This document shows, piece by piece, positions 56,400 through 64,000 of a stretch of DNA of 64,000 nt; the first letter of the stretch is position 1; each line of letters begins with the position of its first letter. The stretch is from a virus (lineage: Duplodnaviria > Caudoviricetes): positions 128,001 through 192,000 of the IMG/VR virus record IMGVR_UViG_3300023213_000432, one strand, 5' to 3'. The position numbers and the translations under genes are program-made. The notes below the pieces were generated by a model that searched no databases, had not been told where the DNA came from, and saw only the letters and a program-made list of their open reading frames with translations.

Positions 56400-56837
56400 T
56401 TATTTTGCATAATTGGCAATTAGCCGATCATTAATCTCAAATGAAGATTTTTTCTTTTTGGGCTCGCTGACTTCAATGCTTGGATAGTGTTTTTTGACAG
56501 CTCGCCTTACTGCCTCTTGAAGTTCACCTAATGTTCCTGAATACCATAAAGGTTTGTTCTTATGTTGGTGAGACCGCGCAATAGCATTTCTAGCTTGGTT
56601 TGCATCATTAATCGGGTAGTGATCAGCATCATCAAGCACCTTAGGACTTTCTGCCGGAAATACCACTTTCCCCCTTTGCCTTACTTTTGCTTTAGGGTCG
56701 AGTTTTCTCTTCCTTTTATCAGCCGTTTTTTCCAATTCTTCAGCGGCAGACTTTTCAAAATCAGCGACGCGCAGCAAAAGTTGATTAACTTGGGACATCA
56801 GAAACTCCGTTTGGGGACGATATATGAAATATGCCAT
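56400..56837 (-). CDS. hypothetical protein
   Basis: DHYPINDANQARNAIAR motif; basic. Confidence 0.6.
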   Translation of the reverse strand: MAYFIYRPQTEFLMSQVNQLLLRVADFEKSAAEELEKTADKRKRKLDPKAKVRQRGKVVFPAESPKVLDDADHYPINDANQARNAIARSHQHKNKPLWYSGTLGELQEAVRRAVKKHYPSIEVSEPKKKKSSFEINDRLIANYAK

Positions 56838-56907
56838 TCAATTGGCATAGTTAGACAAATATGGTGATGTAAATAGGCATTCAAATCGCCTTGGAATCGC
56901 CACTTCT

Positions 56908-56977
56908 GCCCCACGTGCCGGATGCACAGCAGTGTTTTCTAAACACAGCCCGCTCCGTTCAACTCGGAGGTGGGGTG
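56908..56977 (+). tRNA. degenerate tRNA, anticodon TCT (Arg) or CTA depending on register
   Basis: Acceptor GCCCCAC/GTGGGGT, T arm CTCCG-TTCAACT-CGGAG; anticodon arm GTGTTTTCTAAACAC; imperfect D arm. Confidence 0.55.
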
Positions 56978-56986
56978 CTAAACTTT

Positions 56987-57060
56987 TTTCGCGTAGTTCA
57001 ATGGATTAGAACATCGGTCTACGGAACCGAAAGTTGCAGGTTCAAGTCCTGCCGCGAAAA
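56987..57060 (+). tRNA. tRNA-Arg (ACG)
   Basis: Acceptor TTTCGCG/CGCGAAA; stem TCGGT/ACCGA with loop CTACGGA; canonical D and T arms. Confidence 0.88.
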
Positions 57061-57100
57061 CTAATCAACCCAACCCTTTCCCCTTGAAAGAAACATCATT

Positions 57101-57445
57101 ATGAACAAGAAAATTCGACGCGTCGTCATTGAAAGTCCCTATGCCGGAAATATTGAAAAAAACCTTCGCTATCTCCGAGCCTGCATGCGAGATTGTCTCT
57201 TGAAAAATGAGGCGCCTTTTGCTAGCCATGGCCTATACACAATGCCGGGAGTTCTTCGAGACGAAGTTCCCGAAGAGCGAATGCATGGAATTATTGCCGG
57301 ATTTGCTTGGAGAGAAATTAGCGATGCCACCATTGTTTATACTGACCTTGAAATTTCCAAAGGAATGGAATATGGTATTGCCCATGCCAAAGAATTGGGA
57401 CATCTCATCGAATATAGAGCATTAGGTGGGGAATGGAGCAAATGA
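57101..57445 (+). CDS. deoxyribosyltransferase-like fold phage protein
   Basis: VVIESPYAG..EAPFASH..Y.DL.IS.GM..GI. Confidence 0.6.
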   Translation: MNKKIRRVVIESPYAGNIEKNLRYLRACMRDCLLKNEAPFASHGLYTMPGVLRDEVPEERMHGIIAGFAWREISDATIVYTDLEISKGMEYGIAHAKELGHLIEYRALGGEWSK

Positions 57446-57596
57446 AGAAAACAAAGCGAAAGCGAAAACGACATTCTTGCTGCAATTCTCCTCAACCTCT
57501 ATATTATTCTTCGTGGAAAGATGAAGATGGTAGATGTGTTAATTGTGGTAAACCACTAAAGTATGGAGATAAATTATTGAAACGAGAAAATTATAA

Positions 57597-57884
57597 ATGA
57601 CCGCTAAAGTAGTAAATATTAATTCTGGCGAGCCCTTCGATGTCTATGTTGGGCGTCCGCCAAAATTTGGAAATACTTTTACTCATCTCCAGCATCTTGG
57701 AGGCAATCTCATCATAGTGGATACCCGAGAAGAAGCTGTTGCTCGTTATGAAGAATGGATTCGTTCTCAACCCGAACTTATGCTTGCCGCTAAACAAGAA
57801 CTCAAAAATAAAGTTCTTGCTTGTCACTGTCATCCACTTGCGTATCATGCCGATGTTCTTTTACGCATCGCCAACGAAGAATAA
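57597..57884 (+). CDS. DUF4326 family protein
   Basis: DVYVGRP.KFGN.F, L..KVLACHCHP..HADVL. Confidence 0.8.
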   Translation: MTAKVVNINSGEPFDVYVGRPPKFGNTFTHLQHLGGNLIIVDTREEAVARYEEWIRSQPELMLAAKQELKNKVLACHCHPLAYHADVLLRIANEE

Positions 57885-57887
57885 TTA

Positions 57888-58193
57888 ATGAGACCTACCT
57901 TTATTACTCAAGAACATATTATACGCTGGAACGAATTGATGCAACAAGATCCTCTGTTCCCGCCTGCTCTTTTTAAATCCTCCATCATTTTGGAAGTTTG
58001 TTATGCTGGACTTTATCTTCAAGAAGAACTTCATAAACTTCAATGTCCTGAAGAATTAATTACTCGAATTCAGTGGCATGGCGGAAAATTGTCTTTTGGT
58101 CGAGATCCATGGGAGATTCATCTTCAACTCTTGAATGACTATAAAGACAATCAGCTAACTTTTGAGGACGATCCCGATCTTCCGCTCAATTGA
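57888..58193 (+). CDS. hypothetical protein
   Basis: 101-aa ORF. Confidence 0.55.
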   Translation: MRPTFITQEHIIRWNELMQQDPLFPPALFKSSIILEVCYAGLYLQEELHKLQCPEELITRIQWHGGKLSFGRDPWEIHLQLLNDYKDNQLTFEDDPDLPLN

Positions 58194-58215
58194 ACAACAT
58201 TTATTTCTTAAAATA

Positions 58216-58244
58216 TTGACCAATTAATCATTCGTATTTATATT
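58216..58244 (+). promoter_or_regulatory. sigma70-like promoter
   Basis: TTGACC-N17-TATATT upstream of the AAA gene. Confidence 0.5.
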
Positions 58245-58264
58245 TTGCTCCCAATGGAATTATT

Positions 58265-59398
58265 ATGACTCAACCCAATCACAAAAACATGACTGTTTCC
58301 GATTTCAATTTGGTTAAACTAAACACCAAACAATTATCGGAACATATTGCAGCCACTATTCAAGGCGGCGGAAACATCGCCATTTTTGGCAAGCGTGGCA
58401 CCGGCAAAACAGAAATTTCTAAACAAGAGATTAAAAACGCTGGGCTTCAAGAAGTTTATATTAACCTCTCAGTTTTGGAAAGAACAGATTTAGCCGGATT
58501 TCCTCGGGTGTTATGTGCTGATCAGACAGAGAAATACGTGGAATATTTGCTTCCCCAGTTTTACAAGCCATTAATTGAGGGCAATAAAGAAGCGGTAGTT
58601 GTTTTTGATGAAGTAGATAAAGCTGATCCTAGCATTTGGGCACCCTTGTTAGAATTTACTCAATTCAAAAGTATTAATCAGCGATCTCTTCCCAATCTCA
58701 AATCTATTATTATGACGGGCAACTTAATTTCCGAAGGCGGCTCTCGTCCTAGTTTGCCACTATTGGATCGCAGTGAAAAATATTTAGTGGAAGCGGATGC
58801 TACTCTTTGGTTAGATTGGGCTGCCAAAGTTGGGCATATTCACCCTGCCATTCGAGCTTATATTTCTGACAATAATTTGGATTTGCATGGTGTTGCTGAC
58901 CCGGAAGATCGTTATGCCGATCCTTCTCCTCGTGGTTGGACAAATGCTTCCAAGATCTTGCAAAAAGGTGAAGAACAGGGCTGGAATACTGCTCTTCTTA
59001 AGCAAAAAGTTCATGGATGTGTTGGAAAAGCTGCTGGTATTAAATATGACATTTACTATGAGCATTATCAACAACTCTTGCCGATGATTGATGATTTGTT
59101 TCGAGGAAAGGACATTTTGGATCAGTATGAGAAAATGGAACCATCTAAAAAGATGGTGGCTTGTATGATTGCTTGCACTCGACTAGCTAATCAATTAGAT
59201 CTTGCTACGCCAGAGCAACCGCCGCCTACCATTTCCATCATTGGAAAGTTTTTACAACATGTTTCTTATGAAAATGCTTATATTGCGATTCGGGGCTCCA
59301 TTCAATTAGAACGATTTATTAAGTTCAAATTAGATATTCATCCAGATTGGAAAGAACATGTTAAGGAGCTTAAAGATCGAATCAAAGTTAGAATTTGA
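58265..59398 (+). CDS. MoxR-like AAA+ ATPase
   Basis: GKRGTGKT, VFDEVDKA, TGN, LLDR, PSPRGW. Confidence 0.85.
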   Translation: MTQPNHKNMTVSDFNLVKLNTKQLSEHIAATIQGGGNIAIFGKRGTGKTEISKQEIKNAGLQEVYINLSVLERTDLAGFPRVLCADQTEKYVEYLLPQFYKPLIEGNKEAVVVFDEVDKADPSIWAPLLEFTQFKSINQRSLPNLKSIIMTGNLISEGGSRPSLPLLDRSEKYLVEADATLWLDWAAKVGHIHPAIRAYISDNNLDLHGVADPEDRYADPSPRGWTNASKILQKGEEQGWNTALLKQKVHGCVGKAAGIKYDIYYEHYQQLLPMIDDLFRGKDILDQYEKMEPSKKMVACMIACTRLANQLDLATPEQPPPTISIIGKFLQHVSYENAYIAIRGSIQLERFIKFKLDIHPDWKEHVKELKDRIKVRI

Positions 59399-59401
59399 AA
59401 A

Positions 59402-59692
59402 ATGTTTCGATCTTATAGTTTGAAACCTCTAGATTACGGATACGAAATCACCATCGTGGATGATGATTTTACTGAATCTGCCTTCGCCATGAACGTGCCC
59501 TCCGTCACTGCCCTGATTAATATTTACTCTCGAAGAAATCTTAATGTGTCTGGCAATTTAGCTTTACTAATACGATATGGAGAATATAAACACTCATGGG
59601 ATATAAAAAGGCAAATTAAATGGTTTCAAGCATATGTTCCTGAATACCAGAAATACCATGATCAAGTAATAGACTATCTAATATTTTTGTGA
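59402..59692 (+). CDS. dispersed paralog family protein, copy 9 (shortest)
   Basis: Family motifs. Confidence 0.85.
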   Translation: MFRSYSLKPLDYGYEITIVDDDFTESAFAMNVPSVTALINIYSRRNLNVSGNLALLIRYGEYKHSWDIKRQIKWFQAYVPEYQKYHDQVIDYLIFL

Positions 59693-59773
59693 AGATTGTT
59701 ATATTAATTAAAAAGAAAGGAAAGGGCAAAATCCTACTGCAAACAAGAGCACAGGTCTTTTTGCCTATGAATC

Positions 59774-61315
59774 ATGAAATTTTCTCGTGTAATTGGAAAA
59801 ATTGATCCCAAGCTGATAGAACAAGCTGAAAGAAAATTATCAGAAGTGTTTTTGGAATTAGGAACACGATATGACAATATGGTAGTAGGAAGCGGATTAG
59901 GAGGAGATCCATTTGTCTTCACCCTTCTCTATCCAGTGCAACACATAGCTACTCTTAATATTCCAACTGCCGCCACTGATGGTATTAGATATTATTGGAA
60001 TCCCAAGTTCGTTATTAAACGTTCTAAAATTGGTTTGCGAATTGTTTCGGCTCACGAAGCTTTTCATGCCAACTACATGCATCCCCAAAGACGAGGTTCT
60101 CGATTGCCCAAATTGTGGAATATCGCCATTGATTATATTGTTAATGGAATTATCATGGAAGATTTACAATTCCGTGAGCCGAAAACCAAATTAAATCCCG
60201 AGGACACTTTCATCAAGCATTTGGGAAGATTTATGACTTTGACCCAATATGCGGAATACATCAAGGATCCTTTTGCTAAGATCAAAGGGTTCGATGATTT
60301 GGTTCCTGCAGAGAACGAAAATGGAGTCGAATTACCAGCGCCCGGAGAGGATCGAGAATTAACGCCTCAAGAAACCCGAGAACTAGAAAGAAGAGAAAAA
60401 TCGGTCAAATTTTATTTCGCGGATCCCAACTTAAGCGAGGAGATGAAAAAACCAGAACGAATTTACGATCACCTTTATAATTTGTTGCCCAAGTGTCCCA
60501 AGTGTGGTCAAGTAGGTATTTATCCTAATCCCAACAAGAACAAAAATAAAGCCGATCATAAAGATCACGACCATAAAGATAATAAAAAATGTGATCATGA
60601 AGGGGGTATTGATATTTTTGGATTGGGCGGTTCCACCATGGATGAACACATGGATACCGAAGAAAGCGAGGAAAAGTTAGCTAAACGATTATCTGATGCT
60701 ATGGAAACTTCCAAAAAGATGGCTGGTAAAATTCCCGCAGCTTTGGAAGAAGAGTTGGGAAAATTAATTGCTCCCAAGATCGCTTGGAAAGATGTGATTC
60801 GTGGAAGGATATTAAAATCTAGGGCTGGTAATGAACGTAATGATTGGACGCGATTTCGAACTCGTCCCATGTTTTTTGGTTTATTGGTACCTAAAAGAAA
60901 AGGTTATGTAGCTAGATTTGGTTGTTTGTTAGATACAAGCGGATCGATGAGCAAGGATGATTTAGTTTTTGGGATATCTCAACTTCAAGGACTAGATGAA
61001 AGAAATGAAGGCATTATTGTTCCTGCTGATGCTCAGTGTTATTGGGATCGAGCCACCAAGATTAGAGCTTGTAATGCGGAAGAGTTGAGTAAAGTAAAGA
61101 TAGTAGGAAAAGGTGGTACAATGTTCGGAAACTTTTTCTCTGATTATGAAAAACAAATTGGGCGAGTAGATTTTCTAATTTGTATAACCGACGGATTTTT
61201 GATGGATACCGATATTGCGGCGATGGTGCAACCTAAAGTGCCAGTGTATTGGATTTTGACCAGTAATTCTACTTTCAAGGCGCCCTTTGGAAAAGTATTT
61301 CAGTTAAGGGATTGA
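59774..61315 (+). CDS. putative metallopeptidase / VWA-like domain protein (DUF2201-like), MoxR partner
   Basis: TAATDG, AHEAFH, WNIAID, LDTSGSM, GGT.F, ITDG. Confidence 0.85.
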   Translation: MKFSRVIGKIDPKLIEQAERKLSEVFLELGTRYDNMVVGSGLGGDPFVFTLLYPVQHIATLNIPTAATDGIRYYWNPKFVIKRSKIGLRIVSAHEAFHANYMHPQRRGSRLPKLWNIAIDYIVNGIIMEDLQFREPKTKLNPEDTFIKHLGRFMTLTQYAEYIKDPFAKIKGFDDLVPAENENGVELPAPGEDRELTPQETRELERREKSVKFYFADPNLSEEMKKPERIYDHLYNLLPKCPKCGQVGIYPNPNKNKNKADHKDHDHKDNKKCDHEGGIDIFGLGGSTMDEHMDTEESEEKLAKRLSDAMETSKKMAGKIPAALEEELGKLIAPKIAWKDVIRGRILKSRAGNERNDWTRFRTRPMFFGLLVPKRKGYVARFGCLLDTSGSMSKDDLVFGISQLQGLDERNEGIIVPADAQCYWDRATKIRACNAEELSKVKIVGKGGTMFGNFFSDYEKQIGRVDFLICITDGFLMDTDIAAMVQPKVPVYWILTSNSTFKAPFGKVFQLRD

Positions 61316-61316
61316 T

Positions 61317-61505
61317 ATGTTGCAGGGAATAATAAATGCTATCGCGAGTTTTGAAAGAGAAACTGGAACTAAGCCAGCTGGATTAGTTTTGACTAAACAT
61401 CAATTTGATTGTTTACTGTCTGAACTGGTCTCAAAATGTGTTAAGTTTGAGAGCGGAAGCGATCCATATTGCGGTATTGTTTTGTATGGAACAAGGATCG
61501 AGTAG
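61317..61505 (+). CDS. hypothetical protein
   Basis: Small ORF abutting the previous stop. Confidence 0.5.
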   Translation: MLQGIINAIASFERETGTKPAGLVLTKHQFDCLLSELVSKCVKFESGSDPYCGIVLYGTRIE

Positions 61506-61591
61506 ATTAACGAAAATACTAATGAACTTTGAGAAAGAAAAAATAATTTATCAATTGTGTTCCAAATATACCAATAATATATCATTTTAAT

Positions 61592-62506
61592 ATGGTTAAG
61601 TTTTCCAATGAATTTTTGCTTCCTCATGTCCTAACAAATATTCAACATCAAGTTTTAGTAGGATCACTATTGGGTGATGGATCATTAGAATTGCCTGGCA
61701 AATTTCCACGAATGAAGATTGGTCGTCAAATCAAAGATCATTTGTATTTGGAATGGGAATATAGTCTTTTTCAAGATTTATGCAAGAGTGGCATCAAAAC
61801 AATATGTCGATATGATAGCAGATACAATAAAGCATATAAGCATGTATATTTTCAGACACGAGCGGTGCCGGCATTTTTGAATTATTATCACCAATGGTAT
61901 CCTAATGGAAAAAAGACAGTCCCCAAAGATTTGAAATTAACGTCCCTTATATTGGCAGTATGGTTTGCCGACGATGGCTGTATTATTCGCAAAAATAATC
62001 ATTTAACACTCAAAATAGCGACAGACGGATTTGGATTTGAAGGCGCCAATAGATTATCCCAAAAATTAGAGCAAAGATATAGTTGCAAATTTCCAATCTA
62101 TCAAAAACAAAAAAATAAAGATTTGTGGTTTATAAAAACATCAACGCGTGCCGCCCAACCATTTATTAAAGATATCGCTCCACATATTGAGCAGATGGGC
62201 ATGAGCAGGAAATCTGACTTATGGAAGAGTTTTGATCTCAACACAATTCCTATCGCTGGCAGAATGCCTAATAAGGAAGCAGAAAAACAATTATACAAAG
62301 CAATTTTAAAACTACAGGATTTTTCAGTCAATAAATTAGTTAGTTTAGCAGACCAATATGATATTAATACATTACGCTCATATTTAAATGATTTTATTAA
62401 AGACGGCTATTTAATTAGATATGAAGGTTCAGAAAAATGGAATTTATATCATTACAAAATGACTAATACGGGAAAAAATTTTTTCCGAGAGGTAGCTAGA
62501 AAATGA
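61592..62506 (+). CDS. LAGLIDADG homing endonuclease (paralog of 55361..56371)
   Basis: GSLLGDGSL and LAVWFADDG. Confidence 0.85.
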   Translation: MVKFSNEFLLPHVLTNIQHQVLVGSLLGDGSLELPGKFPRMKIGRQIKDHLYLEWEYSLFQDLCKSGIKTICRYDSRYNKAYKHVYFQTRAVPAFLNYYHQWYPNGKKTVPKDLKLTSLILAVWFADDGCIIRKNNHLTLKIATDGFGFEGANRLSQKLEQRYSCKFPIYQKQKNKDLWFIKTSTRAAQPFIKDIAPHIEQMGMSRKSDLWKSFDLNTIPIAGRMPNKEAEKQLYKAILKLQDFSVNKLVSLADQYDINTLRSYLNDFIKDGYLIRYEGSEKWNLYHYKMTNTGKNFFREVARK

Positions 62507-62583
62507 GTTTGATAGGATTAGTGGCGCTATCGATAGTGTTAGTGGTTGGACTATATGGAAATATGTTAAAGGATAAAGAATAA

Positions 62584-62922
62584 ATGTTTCGATCTTACGA
62601 TTATAAATATCTTGGATTTAACAATAAAACAGATCAATGGCGATATGAAATTACTATCATGGATGACAACTTTACTGAAACTGCTGTTGCCGCCGCCGTC
62701 GCGGACGTTGGCGACAATGACGCTACGCGCATCGCCGCTGTCCTTATCGATATTTATTCTCGAAGAAATCTCAATGTGGCCGGTAATCTAGTTCTGCTGA
62801 TGCAATATATAGAAAATAAATGGTCACGTGATATTAAAAGGCAAATTGAATTGTATCAGGAACATATTATAGAATATCAGAAATATCATGATCAGGTAAT
62901 GGGTTACTTGGTATTTATATGA
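62584..62922 (+). CDS. dispersed paralog family protein, copy 10
   Basis: Family motifs. Confidence 0.85.
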   Translation: MFRSYDYKYLGFNNKTDQWRYEITIMDDNFTETAVAAAVADVGDNDATRIAAVLIDIYSRRNLNVAGNLVLLMQYIENKWSRDIKRQIELYQEHIIEYQKYHDQVMGYLVFI

Positions 62923-62929
62923 GGACAAA

Positions 62930-63253
62930 ATGATTATCATTACGGAAAAAGCAGTCGCCAAATTAAAAGAATTTTCTAAAAGTGAAGGAATTGGGCACTT
63001 GTGTGTCCGATTGAAGGTAGTATCTGGCGGCTGTGCCGGACTGAGTAGAGATATGTTCTTCGAAGATTTCGTTGATGAGACGGATGAAGTAATGGAGATA
63101 GATGGTATCAAAATCATCGTTGATCCCATTTCTTATCAGTTTTTAGAAAATACTTCTATCGATTATCAAGAAACTCAGTTTCAAAGTGGGTTTAGGTTTT
63201 CTGCCCCTGAAACCAAGATGAGTTGTGGGTGCGGAAAGAGTTTTTCGGTGTAA
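62930..63253 (+). CDS. A-type Fe-S carrier protein (IscA/ErpA/HesB family)
   Basis: GGCAGL, IDY, CGCGKSF. Confidence 0.92.
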   Translation: MIIITEKAVAKLKEFSKSEGIGHLCVRLKVVSGGCAGLSRDMFFEDFVDETDEVMEIDGIKIIVDPISYQFLENTSIDYQETQFQSGFRFSAPETKMSCGCGKSFSV

Positions 63254-63262
63254 TTTTATCCT

Positions 63263-64000
63263 GATAATATCAGAAAATTCTCGTCTTAAGTAACATATGA
63301 ATGCGTCTTTTAGAAAAGACATAGAAAAATAATCTCATTACAAAAACTTTACATAACGCAAGATATAATTATACGTGATGCAAAAAGCCTTCAAATTCCG
63401 TTTCTATCCAACCGAAGCTCAGAAAGACTTCCTCTCTCAACAATTCGGAGCGGTTCGTTTCATCTATAATTTCTTCCTTGCTCATCGAAAAGACGAATAT
63501 CTCAATAATAAGAAAAGTTTAACTTATTACGATGATGCTAAGGGTTTAACCGAACTCAAATCCAAAAATGGCTATGAATGGCTTTACGATATTAACAGTC
63601 AAACGTTGCAAGCATCTCTTCGTAATTTAGAAGTAGCTTATACTAGCTTTTTCAAAAAGCGAACCAAATTCCCTCGCTTTCATTCTAAAAAGAATAGACA
63701 ATCCATTAAAATACCGCAAAACTTCAAGATCGAAAACAACCGGCTCTTTATTCCCAAACTCAAGGATGGAATCAAAATTAACCAACATCAACCACTCGCT
63801 GGTAAAATAACTTGCTGTTTTATCTCTAAAACACCATCCGATAAATATTATGTTTCTATCTTATGCGAGACGGATACCGTTCAGTTAAAAAAGAACGATA
63901 ACGTCATCGGTATTGATTTGGGTAGCAAATATCTAGTAGTTTCTTCCGATAAAAACAAGATAGACAATCCCAAGTTCTATCGTAAATTAGAAAAGAAACT
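63263..64000 (+). mobile_element. IS200/IS605-family TnpB element, left part
   Basis: TCCT|GATAATATCAGAAAATTCTCG..ATGAATGCGT resembles the left end of the groES insertion; tnpB follows. Confidence 0.65.
63378..64000 (+). CDS. tnpB: TnpB RNA-guided nuclease, 5' part (runs off right edge)
   Basis: Manual translation MQKAFKFRFYPT..QFGAVRFIYN..EWL..NSQTLQ..FPRF..IGIDLG, open to the edge. Confidence 0.9.
   Translation, partial: MQKAFKFRFYPTEAQKDFLSQQFGAVRFIYNFFLAHRKDEYLNNKKSLTYYDDAKGLTELKSKNGYEWLYDINSQTLQASLRNLEVAYTSFFKKRTKFPRFHSKKNRQSIKIPQNFKIENNRLFIPKLKDGIKINQHQPLAGKITCCFISKTPSDKYYVSILCETDTVQLKKNDNVIGIDLGSKYLVVSSDKNKIDNPKFYRKLEKK

Noticed and set aside
56864-56900. Hairpin GGTGAT/ATCGCC as a tmRNA or RNase P fragment
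   Set aside because: Only one short stem and none of the diagnostic motifs.
5725-62922. Conserved blocks of the paralog family as a CRISPR array or integron cassette array
   Set aside because: The blocks lie inside dispersed ORFs; there is no regular repeat-spacer period, no cas gene, no integrase and no attC-like site.
1-64000. Alternative genetic code (TAG or TGA recoding)
   Set aside because: Known genes are full length under code 11, and paralog copy 8 ends in TAG at the same position where other copies end in TGA.
1-64000. Ordinary bacterial chromosome
   Set aside because: Housekeeping-like genes lack their operon partners and are interspersed with homing endonucleases and short unknown ORFs; not fully excluded because no capsid or terminase gene is present.

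Overview
Gene-dense, AT-rich 64 kb segment best read as part of a huge (jumbo) phage genome. Host-like genes appear without their usual operon partners (tsf without rpsB, groES without groEL, aceA without aceB). tRNAs are scattered, about ten free-standing homing-type endonucleases are present, and there are probable virion or beta-propeller genes on the minus strand. No capsid, terminase or polymerase gene is visible, so the phage call is an inference. Accessory cargo includes isocitrate lyase, EF-Ts, Pth2, Thg1, RNase HII, AlkB, an NDT-NUDIX fusion, CYTH, ferredoxin, IscA/ErpA, a di-heme cytochrome c lipoprotein, a fatty-acid-hydroxylase-like protein, two adenine methyltransferases, a UvrD helicase and a MoxR/VWA pair. 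Four patterns stand out. (1) A dispersed family of ten ~110-aa paralogs (plus one fragment) has conserved flanks around a 12-23-codon hypervariable, NNC/NNY-biased segment. (2) A 20-bp covarying hairpin (CTCRG-TNYG-CYGAG) occurs six times. (3) An IS200/IS605 family (an intact IsrB with omega-RNA, two TnpB copies and several miniature derivatives) has five junctions sharing the target ATGA/TCAT, and one derivative splits groES. (4) Several tRNAs are atypical, including a tRNA-like RNA whose anticodon loop is replaced by a GNRA tetraloop. All calls come from manual motif reading; no database search was run.
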